DNA of 64,000 nt from Eubacterium sp. GTDB lineage: Bacteria > Bacillota > Clostridia > Eubacteriales > Eubacteriaceae. Location of the stretch: assembly GCA_030524435.1 (NCBI GenBank), contig JAUNGS010000001.1:32319-96318 (forward strand), in the 5' to 3' direction. Position 1 is the first letter of the stretch. Each line of letters begins with the position of its first letter. The notes under the pieces are model-generated. The model had not been told where the DNA came from and made no database searches. It saw only the letters and a list, made by a program, of their open reading frames with translations. Shown piece by piece: positions 9,023 to 18,683 of this stretch. The position numbers were made by a program, and so were the translations under genes.

Positions 9023-10324
9023 TTACAATATCTCCTTTACCTTTCCAGCAAGATAAAGCGGAATATTTGTAATAAAACCATCTCGTCTATATCCACGCTT
9101 TGAAAAACGGATGGCATGCTCCGGTTGATATTTTGTAATATAACGCTTAAAAGAGGTAGCTGCTTTATTCTCCCCGCCCTTTGCCTCCACAGGAATAATT
9201 TCCATACCATTTTGCAATACAAAATCGATCTCACTATGTTTGTCGGAAAAATAGCGTGGCGCATTGTCAAACTGTCCACAAAGCTGCTGTAAAACATAGT
9301 TTTCTGTAAGGGGACCTTTAAATTGATAATCGCTTTTTAATAAAATGGCACTATTATCAATACCCGCCATATGCTTAAGCAGTCCAGTGTCAAACAGAAA
9401 AAGCTTAAACTGATCAAGTTTATCAAAAGCAGAAAGGGGATGCTCCATTTTAGAAACATTATAAATACGATTAAGCATTCCTGCCGACACGAGCCACTCG
9501 ATAGCCTCCTCAAAATCTCGAGCTCTTCCTCCCTGCCTGACGGCGCCATAAATAAATTTCTCATTTGGTTTAGCAAGCTGAGAAGCAATACTTCGAAAAA
9601 CCATCAGAATACGTCCACTATTGACCTTTCCATTATGCTTTGAAAAATCATTTTCATATATTTCGATAAGTTCTCGCTGAATCTGGGAAATCCTCGCTGG
9701 ATCTTTATAATTTATCCACGATACAACACATTCCGGCATTCCGCCAATAATTAAATAATAATTGTAAACCTCTAAAAGACGGCTATGAAAAATTTCCTCA
9801 ATTTGCTGATCTTTTTGTATACTTTCATAGTAGCTGAAAAGTATTGGATCTGTTGCGTTGAGAAATTCCTCAAAAGAAAGGGGATAAAGATCCATCAGAT
9901 TAACCATCCCTACTGGATAAGATTTAGGCTGGGCAAGGAGGGTTCCAAGCAAACTTCCGGCCGCCATTACATGGTAATCATTCGCTTTCTCCTTAAAATA
10001 TTTAAGCGCATTCAGGGCCTCTGGACATTCTTGAATCTCATCAAAAATAATAAGCGTTTGATCTGGAATAATCTTTTCTCCAACAATCAAAGAAAGCAGT
10101 TCTATAATCCGCTGTGGGTTTTTATTCATCTTAAAAATAGAACTTAATGCATCATCCTCATCAAAGTTAAAGTAGACAAAATTATGATAATAGCTTTGCC
10201 CAAAAGCTTTCATCAGCCACGTCTTTCCTACTTGCCGTGCACCACGTATGATCAAAGGTTTACGCTCAGGATCTTTCTTCCATTTTATTAAACTTGAAAT
10301 AGCACTGCGTTTCACACTAATCAC
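9023..10324 (-). CDS. AAA_14 ATPase with DUF4143 C-terminal domain
   Basis: GARQVGKT, FDEIQ, GGMPE, FDTGLL, EIDF..IPVEAK. Confidence 0.9.
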   Translation of the reverse strand: MISVKRSAISSLIKWKKDPERKPLIIRGARQVGKTWLMKAFGQSYYHNFVYFNFDEDDALSSIFKMNKNPQRIIELLSLIVGEKIIPDQTLIIFDEIQECPEALNALKYFKEKANDYHVMAAGSLLGTLLAQPKSYPVGMVNLMDLYPLSFEEFLNATDPILFSYYESIQKDQQIEEIFHSRLLEVYNYYLIIGGMPECVVSWINYKDPARISQIQRELIEIYENDFSKHNGKVNSGRILMVFRSIASQLAKPNEKFIYGAVRQGGRARDFEEAIEWLVSAGMLNRIYNVSKMEHPLSAFDKLDQFKLFLFDTGLLKHMAGIDNSAILLKSDYQFKGPLTENYVLQQLCGQFDNAPRYFSDKHSEIDFVLQNGMEIIPVEAKGGENKAATSFKRYITKYQPEHAIRFSKRGYRRDGFITNIPLYLAGKVKEIL

Positions 10325-10354
10325 TACCCTTCCTCTTGATTAATCACAATATAA

Positions 10355-10431
10355 CACACTTTTCCGTGTTTTAAAAATTATTTTTCCACATTTTTCCTTG
10401 TTTTTATTGTTATTTTTCCACATTTTTCCTT
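10355..10431. promoter_or_regulatory. Three 32-bp-periodic direct repeats upstream of the AAA_14 gene (putative operator)
   Basis: TTATTTTTCCACATTTTTCCTT at 10378 and 10410; degenerate CACACTTTTCCGTGTTTT at 10355. Confidence 0.5.
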
Positions 10432-10573
10432 ATTAATATCTCAGCTTGTACCTGTCAAGAAAAGTAGACACAGAACGTATTTTTTAATGCCTTTCATTTT
10501 CAGAAGTAGACATATTCTCCGGATATGCCAATTTATAACATTTTGAACGAATTTCGGTACCTTTCACTTTGAC

Positions 10574-10608
10574 CACTAAAAAAGCAGCGGCCCCAACCGC
10601 TGCTTTTT
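10574..10608 (-). terminator. Terminator of tatD-DUF2148 operon; contains right copy of the 20-bp direct repeat
   Basis: AAAAAAGCAGCGG-CCCCAA-CCGCTGCTTTTT hairpin. Confidence 0.8.
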
Positions 10609-10611
10609 CCT

Positions 10612-11145
10612 TTACCCTCGATCAAAATAAGGTGATTTTCCCGTAGCCGACACGGGAATTCCCATAACGATGGACACGTCCTCGCCCAGAAAGCCCAGGG
10701 ATAGGCCGGCCTTGCCTGCGGAAAACATGATCCGGCTGTCCACTCGGTTGTCCGCCGCCACAGACACTGCCGAGCCCAGGGCGATGCCCAAATCCATGGG
10801 ATCATAGACACAGATGCCGTCAACTGCGGCGCAGGCAGCACAGTTTTCGTTATTACAATAGCCGCAGCCTTCATTAAGTCCCCGGCGGGCGCCGGTGACC
10901 CCCACCAGCACCACCGCCTCACTCTTTCTCACACAGCCGGCATCCCGGGTGAAAAAAGCGTAGTCCAGCTGCGCTGCCAGGCGTTCCATCTCCGCCGCCA
11001 GCTGCTCCCTATCCTCGCCTGTAACGATACAGGTCTTAATGTAGTCCATGCCCCGGGTTTTGGGGGCTGTTCTGGCCGCTGCACACATCTGGGCCGCCGT
11101 CTGCAGCACTGCATCTCTCTCCGCCATTTTGCCATCAATGATCAT
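10612..11145 (-). CDS. DUF2148 ferredoxin-domain / nitroreductase-like protein
   Basis: AARTAPK.RG.D, CGYC...C..C, DLGIALGSA, VDSRIMFSAG, GKSPYFDR; ATG 11145 with RBS AAGGAG. Confidence 0.85.
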   Translation of the reverse strand: MIIDGKMAERDAVLQTAAQMCAAARTAPKTRGMDYIKTCIVTGEDREQLAAEMERLAAQLDYAFFTRDAGCVRKSEAVVLVGVTGARRGLNEGCGYCNNENCAACAAVDGICVYDPMDLGIALGSAVSVAADNRVDSRIMFSAGKAGLSLGFLGEDVSIVMGIPVSATGKSPYFDRG

Positions 11146-11190
11146 TGTACCTTCTCCTTCTTTTATATCCCGGTGCACATGCCGGGACAA

Positions 11191-11961
11191 TTAAAATTTA
11201 AAAAGCCTGCGGCAGTTTTCCGCCGTGGCCGCCATCACCGCTTCCACGGACATTTCCTTAAGCTCAGCCACCTTTTCGGCCACGCAGCGCACATAGGCCG
11301 GCTCATTGCGCTTCCCCCTAAAGGGCACCGGGGCAAGGTAGGGACTGTCGGTTTCGATGAGCAGTCTGTCCATGGGCACATATTTCACCACATCCGGCGC
11401 CTTCCTGGAATTTTTGAAGGTCAAGGGGCCGCCGATGGAGATGTAGAGACCGAAATCCAAAAGCTCCCGGGCCATCTCCACGCTGCCGCTATAACAGTGA
11501 AAAACCCCGCCAGTTTCTGGCATAAGACAGGTCTTCACCATGGCCAGACAATCGCCGTGAGCGTCCCTGTCGTGGACGATAATAGGTTTTCCTACACGGT
11601 TGGCCAGGTCCATCTGAATCTCAAAAACCTTCTTTTGAAGCGCTTTTGGGGCACCGTCATCGTAATAATAGTCCAGTCCGATTTCCCCCACCGCCAGGGT
11701 CTTTTCCCGGGACAGCCACGTCTCTAACATGGGGATATGGGTATCCTCCTCAAAGGCCGCACAGTCCGAGGGGTGAAAGCCCACCGCCGCGTAAACCTCC
11801 TTCCAGGTCTCGCTGAGCTCTACGGCCCTGGCGCTGCTTTTTTCCTCGCAGCCGGGGTTTAAAATAAAGCCGATGCCCGCCGCCCGGGCATTTTCTATAA
11901 TCTGGGGCACCTCGCCCTCGAAGCGGGCGTCGTCCAGGTGCGCATGACTGTCTGTCAACAT
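11191..11961 (-). CDS. tatD: TatD family hydrolase/DNase
   Basis: DSHAH, GFHP, GEIGLDY, HDRDAH, HCYSG, ETDSPYLAP; ATG 11961 with RBS GGAGG. Confidence 0.93.
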   Translation of the reverse strand: MLTDSHAHLDDARFEGEVPQIIENARAAGIGFILNPGCEEKSSARAVELSETWKEVYAAVGFHPSDCAAFEEDTHIPMLETWLSREKTLAVGEIGLDYYYDDGAPKALQKKVFEIQMDLANRVGKPIIVHDRDAHGDCLAMVKTCLMPETGGVFHCYSGSVEMARELLDFGLYISIGGPLTFKNSRKAPDVVKYVPMDRLLIETDSPYLAPVPFRGKRNEPAYVRCVAEKVAELKEMSVEAVMAATAENCRRLFKF

Positions 11962-12120
11962 ATTTGCCTCCATTATATATAAATATCTTATTGTTTTCTG
12001 GCTTCTATTATAGTACAGGGAATTTTTGTAAGTCAAACCGTCTGAATATTTTGAAGGATACTTTCACAAATTTCAGCGGGCCTTTGGGTTTAGGAATGCT
12101 GAGGTTGGGAAAACTGTGAT

Positions 12121-12289
12121 AAAAAGAAAAGCCCTCCGGCGCAATAAGGGGAACACCGAAGGGCTCTCTATAGGGGAGAGGGGGGTAATATATGATTCTA
12201 TCCACCGTAAGGTACGAAGCTTACAGTGCAAACCAACAAATCCCATGTTGTGTGAAGCAGGGGGGCTTCCACAACGCTTTGTTGATTTG
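12121..12289 (-). ncRNA. Candidate small RNA (~170 nt)
   Basis: Own sigmaA promoter (TTGACT-16-TATACT, 12322-12295), two stem-loops, C-rich single strand, terminator hairpin with U-tail; no credible ORF. Confidence 0.55.
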
Positions 12290-12414
12290 ACTCTAGTATA
12301 CCCTCTTTTCGGGATAAGTCAATAGTGAAAAGCGTTGCATATTTGATGCAATAGATTTCAATTTGATGATGTTCGTTTTCGCTAACGACCGCCAAAAATA
12401 CATTTCAGGATTTC

Positions 12415-13314
12415 TTAAGATTTAGATTCCCGGTTCAGCTTATTCTGGCGATCCACCTCCATGACAATGCGCTTGTGGCGGATGTTTTCCAGCATTTCCT
12501 CCAGACCCTTTCTGTCCTCGGCGATGATCTTTGCCTTCATCTGAGCCATGCTGTCCTCAAATTTCTCGATCTGCTCCACCAAGGCCTCCTTGTTGCAGAT
12601 GAAGAGCTCCGACCACATGGGCGCATTGATCATGGCGATGCGGGTGAGATCTCCAAAGCTGCCGCCCTCGTAGTCGGTGATGTGGAGATCCTCCTCGCTG
12701 TCCACCAGGGCCCCGGCGATGACGTGACAGAGCTGGGAGGTGAAGGCGATCTTCTGATCGTGGATTTTTGCCGTGGTCTCCACGATATTGTTAAAACCCA
12801 ATCCCTTGACGATCTCTTTGATCCAAGTCAGATTTTCAGGTCTATTTTGGGGCTGGGGCACCAGGATATAATTTCTGTCCTTGAAGATGCCATCGTCGGC
12901 CTTGCCAAAGCCCTCCTTCTCGCTGCCGGCCATGGGATGACCGTAGATCATGTCCAGATCAGGTCTGAGCTTGTCCGCCAGGCCCTCCACCAAAAGGGTC
13001 TTGACGCCGGTGATATCGGTGATGACCGCCTTTTCCTTAAAATCGGCCATGTAGTCCTCCATGAAGGCCAGGGCCGCCCGGGGATAGAGGCAGAGCACCA
13101 CCAAATCGGAGATGCCCAAAATCTCGCGGATACCCTCGGGGGTGCTGACGCCGCAGTCGATGACGCCGGTGGTCAGGGCCTCCTCCAGCACCTCCTCGTT
13201 GATATCGAAGGCGCAGATTTTATCGGGCTCCTGCTTTCTCAGACCCATGGCCAGGGCCCCTCCCATGAGGCCCAGACCTACAAAGCTGACGGTTTTGTTT
13301 TTAAGGGGTGCCAT
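12415..13314 (-). CDS. tyrA: Prephenate dehydrogenase
   Basis: GLGLMGG Rossmann motif, DITGVK, HPMAGSE, HDQKIAFTSQLCH, DLTRIA. Confidence 0.92.
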   Translation of the reverse strand: MAPLKNKTVSFVGLGLMGGALAMGLRKQEPDKICAFDINEEVLEEALTTGVIDCGVSTPEGIREILGISDLVVLCLYPRAALAFMEDYMADFKEKAVITDITGVKTLLVEGLADKLRPDLDMIYGHPMAGSEKEGFGKADDGIFKDRNYILVPQPQNRPENLTWIKEIVKGLGFNNIVETTAKIHDQKIAFTSQLCHVIAGALVDSEEDLHITDYEGGSFGDLTRIAMINAPMWSELFICNKEALVEQIEKFEDSMAQMKAKIIAEDRKGLEEMLENIRHKRIVMEVDRQNKLNRESKS

Positions 13315-14324
13315 TAGATGGTCTTCCCTTCGATGTCTGCGTATTTTTTCAGGGTGTTCATGATGTGGTCAAATTCCGCCGGGGTGATGGCCTGATCGCC
13401 GTCACAGAGGGCTTCCTCGGGCTTATTGTGGACCTCGATCATCACGCCGTCGGCGCCGGCAGCCACCGCAGCCTTGGCCATGGATTCCACGGTCCAGTTG
13501 ATCCCTGTGGCGTGGCTGGGATCAATGATGACGGGCAGGTGGCTCTTTCTCTTGAGCACCGGCACGCAGCTGATATCCAGGGTGTTTCGGGTGGCTTTTT
13601 CAAAGGTTCTGATGCCGCGCTCGCAGAGAATAACCTTTTCGTTGCCGCCGGACATGATGTATTCCGCCGCCATCAGGAATTCGCTCATGGTAGCCGAGAG
13701 GCCGCGCTTTAAGAGAATGGGCTTGTCGATCTTGCCCAGCTCCTTGAGCATGATGAAGTTCTGCATATTTCTGGCGCCCACCTGGATGACGTCCACGTCC
13801 TCAAAGAGATCCAACTGGGAGAGATCCATGAGCTCGGTGACAATGGGCAGCCCCGTTTCCTTCTTGGCCAAAAGCAGCAGCTCCAGCCCTGTGGCGCCCA
13901 TGCCCTGGAAGGAGTAGGGGGAGGTTCTGGGCTTGAAGGCGCCGCCTCTTAAAAATTTGGCGCCGGAGGCCTTGACGGCTCTGGCGATTTCCACAATCTG
14001 TTCTTCACTTTCCACGGAGCAGGGGCCAGCGATGGCTGTGACGTAGCCCTCACCGATTTTATTGCCTGCCACGTCGATGATGGTATCCTCGGGGTGGAAC
14101 ATACGGTTGGCCTTTTTGTAGGGCTCCTGAACCCGGAGCACCTTCTCAACGATCTTATTGGAGCGCAGCTTGTGGGTATCGACGACCTGGGTATCGCCCA
14201 CGAGACCTAAAATCGTGGAGTTGATCCCCTGGGAGTAATGGATCTGAAGGCCCTGGCCCTCGATGAATTTGACAAGCTTCTGAATCTCTGCTTCCTCGGT
14301 GTGCGGTTTGATAACAACAATCAT
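13314..14324 (-). CDS. aroF: DAHP synthase (type I-beta, N-terminal regulatory domain)
   Basis: IAGPCSVES, GGAFKPRTSPYSFQG, GARNMQN, LCERGIRTF, DPSHATG. Confidence 0.95.
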   Translation of the reverse strand: MIVVIKPHTEEAEIQKLVKFIEGQGLQIHYSQGINSTILGLVGDTQVVDTHKLRSNKIVEKVLRVQEPYKKANRMFHPEDTIIDVAGNKIGEGYVTAIAGPCSVESEEQIVEIARAVKASGAKFLRGGAFKPRTSPYSFQGMGATGLELLLLAKKETGLPIVTELMDLSQLDLFEDVDVIQVGARNMQNFIMLKELGKIDKPILLKRGLSATMSEFLMAAEYIMSGGNEKVILCERGIRTFEKATRNTLDISCVPVLKRKSHLPVIIDPSHATGINWTVESMAKAAVAAGADGVMIEVHNKPEEALCDGDQAITPAEFDHIMNTLKKYADIEGKTI

Positions 14325-14390
14325 GTTTTTTTCTCCTTATGCTTTAATTTTTCTGGTGTCCTCGGCCCTTGGCCGGCAATCTTGCAAAAT

Positions 14391-14418
14391 AAAAAAGGGA
14401 GACTCTAGGAGTCTCCCC
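14391..14418 (-). terminator. Attenuator terminator upstream of aroF
   Basis: Minus strand GGGAGACTC-CTA-GAGTCTCCC followed by T6. Confidence 0.85.
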
Positions 14419-14447
14419 GTTTGGCAATGTAAAAGCGACAGCCCCAG

Positions 14448-14582
14448 CTATATCTGCGCTGAAGCCTGTCTCGAAAGACTCTCTGATAAACCTGTTTTTT
14501 TGTACGCAAAGTAACCGACGCCATAGTAGTAGCCCCGGCTAAAGTAATAATATGCGTTCAGGTTCATGTTTAAATCTTTCAT
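14448..14582 (-). CDS. Tyr/Phe-rich leader peptide (44 aa) of aroF-tyrA
   Basis: MKDLNMNLNAYYYFSRGYYYGVGYFAYKKTGLSESLSRQASAQI*; 8 Tyr + 2 Phe; AAGGA RBS; lies between consensus promoter and terminator. Confidence 0.85.
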   Translation of the reverse strand: MKDLNMNLNAYYYFSRGYYYGVGYFAYKKTGLSESLSRQASAQI

Positions 14583-14620
14583 TGCGTTTTCCTTTGCTTT
14601 ATTACTTTGAATTGATTCCT

Positions 14621-14649
14621 ATTATAGACCGCATCTTGGCGCCTGTCAA
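14621..14649 (-). promoter_or_regulatory. SigmaA promoter of leader-aroF-tyrA
   Basis: TTGACA-17-TATAAT perfect consensus on minus strand. Confidence 0.9.
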
Positions 14650-14700
14650 TGCGTTTTTTTAAATCCTTATGCCCTTTTAAAAATACATTGGCCGGAAGGA

Positions 14701-14729
14701 TTGACACTCCCGGCCCACAGTGATATATT
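14701..14729 (+). promoter_or_regulatory. SigmaA promoter of metY-cysK-metA
   Basis: TTGACA-17-TATATT with TG extension. Confidence 0.75.
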
Positions 14730-14795
14730 ACATATCAACTTAATAAGTTTTATTCAGCTTACCATAGATTTGTACTTTTGAAAGGAGATTTCCCC

Positions 14796-16079
14796 ATGAC
14801 AAAACCATTGAAATTTGAAACCCTCCAGCTCCACGCTGGCCAGACCCCGGATCCCACCACCCACGCCGTGGCGGTGCCCATCTACCAGACGACCTCCTAC
14901 GTCTTTGACAGCAGTGAGCACGCCGAAAACCTCTTCGGCCTCAAGGAGCCCGGCAACATCTACACCCGAATCATGAATCCCACCACCGCCGTTTTGGAGG
15001 ACCGCATGGCGGCCCTGGAGGGCGGCGTCGGCGCCCTGGCCACCGCCTCCGGCTCCGCAGCTATCACCCTGGCCATTTTAAACATCGCCGGCATGGGGGA
15101 TGAAATTGTGGCAGCCTCCACCCTCTACGGCGGCACCTTCAACCTTCTCAACACCACTCTGCCCAAGTACGGCATCACCACCACCTTTGTGGATCCCGAC
15201 GATCCTGCAAACTTCGAGGCCGCCATCACCGACAAGACCAAGGCCGTCTATCTGGAAACTCTGGGCAACCCCAGCATCAACATCGTGGACGTGGAGGCCG
15301 TGGCTAAAATCGCCCACAGCCACAAGGTACCGCTGATCATCGACAACACCTTCGCCACTCCCTATCTGTTCAGAGCCCTGGACTTCGGCGCTGACATCGT
15401 CGTCTATTCCGCCACGAAGTTCATCGGCGGCCACGGCACCAGCATCGGCGGCGTCATCGTCGACGGCGGCACCTTCGACTGGGCCAGCGGACGCTTCCCG
15501 GAATTCACCACCCCCGACGAAAGCTACCACGGCATGGTCTACACCAGAGACTGCGGCGACGCGGCCTTCATCACCAAGGCTCGGGTCCAGATGCTCAGAG
15601 ACATCGGCGCCTGCTTAAGCCCCTTCAACGCCTTCCTGCTGCTCCAGGGCTTAGAAACCCTGTCTCTGCGTCTGGAACGTCACGTGGAAAACAGCCGCAA
15701 AATCGTGGACTATTTGAAATCCAGCCCCTACGTCAGCTGGGTCAACTACCCCGAGCTTGAGGACAGCAAGTACCACGAGCTGGCCAAGAAGTACTTCCCC
15801 AGAGGCTGCGGCTCCATCTTCACCTTCGGCATCAAGGGCGGCATCGACGCGGCCAGAAAATTCATCGACAGCATTGAAATCTTCACCCACCTGGCCAACG
15901 TGGCCGACGCCAAGTCCCTGGTCATCCACCCGGCCACCACAACCCATCAGCAGCTCTCCGGCGACGAGCTTTTGGCCGCCGGCATCACCGAGGATATGAT
16001 CCGTCTCTCCATCGGTCTGGAAAATGCCGACGACTTAATCGACGCCCTGGATCACGCCTTAAAAAACAGCCAGGCCTAG
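14796..16079 (+). CDS. metY: O-acetylhomoserine aminocarboxypropyltransferase (sulfhydrylase)
   Basis: [28 protein letters not shown] (PLP Lys), [15 protein letters not shown]; ATG 14796 with AAGGAG. Confidence 0.93.
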   Translation: MTKPLKFETLQLHAGQTPDPTTHAVAVPIYQTTSYVFDSSEHAENLFGLKEPGNIYTRIMNPTTAVLEDRMAALEGGVGALATASGSAAITLAILNIAGMGDEIVAASTLYGGTFNLLNTTLPKYGITTTFVDPDDPANFEAAITDKTKAVYLETLGNPSINIVDVEAVAKIAHSHKVPLIIDNTFATPYLFRALDFGADIVVYSATKFIGGHGTSIGGVIVDGGTFDWASGRFPEFTTPDESYHGMVYTRDCGDAAFITKARVQMLRDIGACLSPFNAFLLLQGLETLSLRLERHVENSRKIVDYLKSSPYVSWVNYPELEDSKYHELAKKYFPRGCGSIFTFGIKGGIDAARKFIDSIEIFTHLANVADAKSLVIHPATTTHQQLSGDELLAAGITEDMIRLSIGLENADDLIDALDHALKNSQA

Positions 16080-16089
16080 GGATACTTTT

Positions 16090-17016
16090 ATGAATATTCA
16101 TCAGGAACTCACGGAGCTCATCGGCAAGACGCCGATGCTTGAGCTTAAGCACATCGAGGCCCAGGAGGGGATCACCGCCAAGCTCTGGGCAAAGCTGGAA
16201 TTCTTTAACCCCGCCGGCAGTGTCAAGGACAGAATCGCCCTGGCCATGATCGAGGACGCCGAGGCCAAAGGGCTGCTCAAGCCCGGCGGCACCATCATCG
16301 AGCCCACCAGCGGCAACACTGGCATCGGTCTGGCCATGATCGCCACCTTGAGGGGCTATCATCTGATACTCACCATGCCCGAAACCATGAGCATTGAACG
16401 GCGCAACCTGCTGGCCGCCTTCGGGGCGGAGATCGTCCTCACCGACGGCGATCTGGCCATGAACGGCGCCCTGAAAAAAGCCGAGGAATTAAAGGAAGCC
16501 ATCGACGGCGCCATCATCCTCGGTCAGTTTGACAACCCCGCCAACCCCGAGGCCCACGCCCGCACCACCGCCGAGGAAATCTGGGCGGACACCGACGGCC
16601 AGGTGGATATCTTCGTGGCCACCGTGGGCACCGGCGGCACCCTGGGCGGCACCGCCAAGGGGCTAAAGGCCCACAAGCCCGAGGTCACCGTCGTGGCGGT
16701 GGAGCCGGCCAGCTCCCAGGTATTGGCTGGCAAACCGGCGGGCCCCCACGCCATCCAGGGCATCGGCGCCAACTTTGTCCCCAGCGTGCTGGACATGGAG
16801 CTCATTGACGAGATCATCCCCGTCACCGACGCCGACGCCTTCGACTACGCCAGAAGACTGACAAAGCTTGAAGGCCTTTTGGTGGGCATCTCCTCCGGCG
16901 CCGCCTTAAAGGCCGCCCTAAAGCTGGCCCACCGCCCGGAAAATGTAGGAAAAAATATCGTTCTCCTGCTGCCGGACACCGGAGAGCGCTACCTCTCCAC
17001 ACCTTTATTCAACTAG
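16090..17016 (+). CDS. cysK: Cysteine synthase A
   Basis: [42 protein letters not shown]. Confidence 0.95.
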   Translation: MNIHQELTELIGKTPMLELKHIEAQEGITAKLWAKLEFFNPAGSVKDRIALAMIEDAEAKGLLKPGGTIIEPTSGNTGIGLAMIATLRGYHLILTMPETMSIERRNLLAAFGAEIVLTDGDLAMNGALKKAEELKEAIDGAIILGQFDNPANPEAHARTTAEEIWADTDGQVDIFVATVGTGGTLGGTAKGLKAHKPEVTVVAVEPASSQVLAGKPAGPHAIQGIGANFVPSVLDMELIDEIIPVTDADAFDYARRLTKLEGLLVGISSGAALKAALKLAHRPENVGKNIVLLLPDTGERYLSTPLFN

Positions 17017-17025
17017 GAGGTCCCC

Positions 17026-17952
17026 ATGCCCATCAAAATCCCCAATAATCTCCCGGCCTTTTCGATTTTAGAAAAGGAAAATATCTTCGTGATGGACCAG
17101 CAGCGGGCCTCCACCCAGGATATCCGCCCCCTGAAAATCGTCATCATGAACCTGATGCCCACCAAGGTGGTCACCGAGACCCAGCTTTTACGACTCATCG
17201 GCAACACCCCCATCCAGGTGGACATCACCCTGCTTCAGTCGGCGACCCACGAATCGAAGAACACGGCCCAGAAGCATCTGGACACCTTCTACAAAACCTT
17301 CGACGATATCCGGGACGCCTATTTCGACGGCATGATCATCACCGGCGCCCCCATCGAGACCCTGCCCTTCGAGGAGGTGGACTACTGGCCGGAGCTAAAG
17401 GCCGTCATGTCCTGGTCCAAAACCCACGTTTTTTCAACCCTCCACATCTGCTGGGGGGCCCAGGCCGGGCTCTACTACCATTACGGCATTCCCAAGTACA
17501 ACCTGGATAAAAAATGCTTCGGTGTCTTTGAGCACCACCTGGACGCCGAGCTCATCCCCTTGTTCCAGGGCTTCGACGACGTCTTTTTTGCCCCCCATTC
17601 CAGACATTCCGAAATTAGACGGGAGGACATCGAAAAAAATCCCGAGCTGACCATCGCCGCCTCCTCCGACGATGCGGGGATCTACGCCGTCATGGCCCGG
17701 AAGGGACGACAGATTTTCATCACCGGCCACAGCGAGTACGATCCCGAAACCCTGGGGGATGAGTACTACCGGGATATCTCCGAGGGCAAGGCCATCGAGG
17801 TGCCTAGAAATTATTTCAAGGACGACAACCCCGACAATCCGCCGGTGGTGCGCTGGCGGGGTCACGCCAACCTTCTGTTTTTCAACTGGCTGAATTATTA
17901 CGTCTACCAGGCCACGCCCTACAATTTGGATCATGATCCGATTTTTGGCTAA
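17026..17952 (+). CDS. metA: Homoserine O-acyltransferase, MetA family (probably acetyl-specific)
   Basis: QDIRPL, NLMPTK, ITGAPIE (Glu indicates acetyl-CoA use), [14 protein letters not shown]. Confidence 0.93.
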   Translation: MPIKIPNNLPAFSILEKENIFVMDQQRASTQDIRPLKIVIMNLMPTKVVTETQLLRLIGNTPIQVDITLLQSATHESKNTAQKHLDTFYKTFDDIRDAYFDGMIITGAPIETLPFEEVDYWPELKAVMSWSKTHVFSTLHICWGAQAGLYYHYGIPKYNLDKKCFGVFEHHLDAELIPLFQGFDDVFFAPHSRHSEIRREDIEKNPELTIAASSDDAGIYAVMARKGRQIFITGHSEYDPETLGDEYYRDISEGKAIEVPRNYFKDDNPDNPPVVRWRGHANLLFFNWLNYYVYQATPYNLDHDPIFG

Positions 17953-18120
17953 AATACAGGGCTTGCCGGATATTGCAAAATATCGTGAAATATCGTAGTT
18001 TAATGGAAAATTGGCGTAAAAATAGCGTAAATATTATTTGTATGGCGTAAAGACGGTGTACTACCTCTGTTCAACAATTTATACTGTTTTGCATTCAATT
18101 TAATATTAATACTAGTAAAT

Positions 18121-18164
18121 AAAAAACCGATTACCTTTCATGTTCTAAAGATAATCGGTTTTTT
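18121..18164. terminator. Bidirectional terminator
   Basis: AAAAAACCGATTA...TAATCGGTTTTTT. Confidence 0.75.
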
Positions 18165-18222
18165 GTTTGCCATAAAGTAACATAAACAAGAGAACAGACA
18201 GCCGTCCCGCTATTCCGTAAAA

Positions 18223-18570
18223 TTAATATGTTTTTCCACTGTTCTCTGTTCCCCATTTACACATAATTTCCATAATAGGGAATAGAGAACGCCCTTTGTC
18301 TGAAAGGCTATACTCAACCTTCGGTGGTATTTGCGGGTATTCTTTACGAATAATAAGCCCATCTGCTTCCATTTCTTTTAATACTGTGCTTAAGGTTTTA
18401 TATGTGATTGTCCCAATTTTTCTCTGTAATTCGTTGAAACGAATGGTATCGTATTCAATAAGCCAATAGAGAATGACTAACCGCCATTTTCCACCAATCA
18501 TAGACAGTGTATAACCAAATGGGGTATCAGTTAGGGATATAATTCTTTTTTCAAATTTTTCCATGCTCAT
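18223..18570 (-). CDS. HxlR family winged-helix regulator
   Basis: IGGKWR..IL, RFNEL, YPQIPPKVEYSLS.KG; likely ATG 18570. Confidence 0.9.
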   Translation of the reverse strand: MSMEKFEKRIISLTDTPFGYTLSMIGGKWRLVILYWLIEYDTIRFNELQRKIGTITYKTLSTVLKEMEADGLIIRKEYPQIPPKVEYSLSDKGRSLFPIMEIMCKWGTENSGKTY

Positions 18571-18683
18571 ATATGTACTTTCCTTTTGGATAGTATTTGT
18601 CAAAAAAGTGCGTACTTGTGTTTTTGACATCATAAATATAGAATAACATAAAGCGGTAAAAAGAAAAAGGTGGTGCAAAATTC

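Noticed and set aside
10447-10471. TGTACCTGTCAAGAAAAGTAGACAC resembling an IS3-family end (a similar impression at ~43976-43999)
   Set aside because: No partner inverted repeat or transposase; resemblance from memory only
12121-12289. Riboswitch controlling tatD, or 6S/SRP RNA
   Set aside because: tatD has its own promoter downstream of the terminator; no aptamer, 6S or SRP consensus recognised
14325-14620. T-box riboswitch upstream of aroF
   Set aside because: No T-box consensus (GGTGG.ACC) found; the leader peptide explains the region
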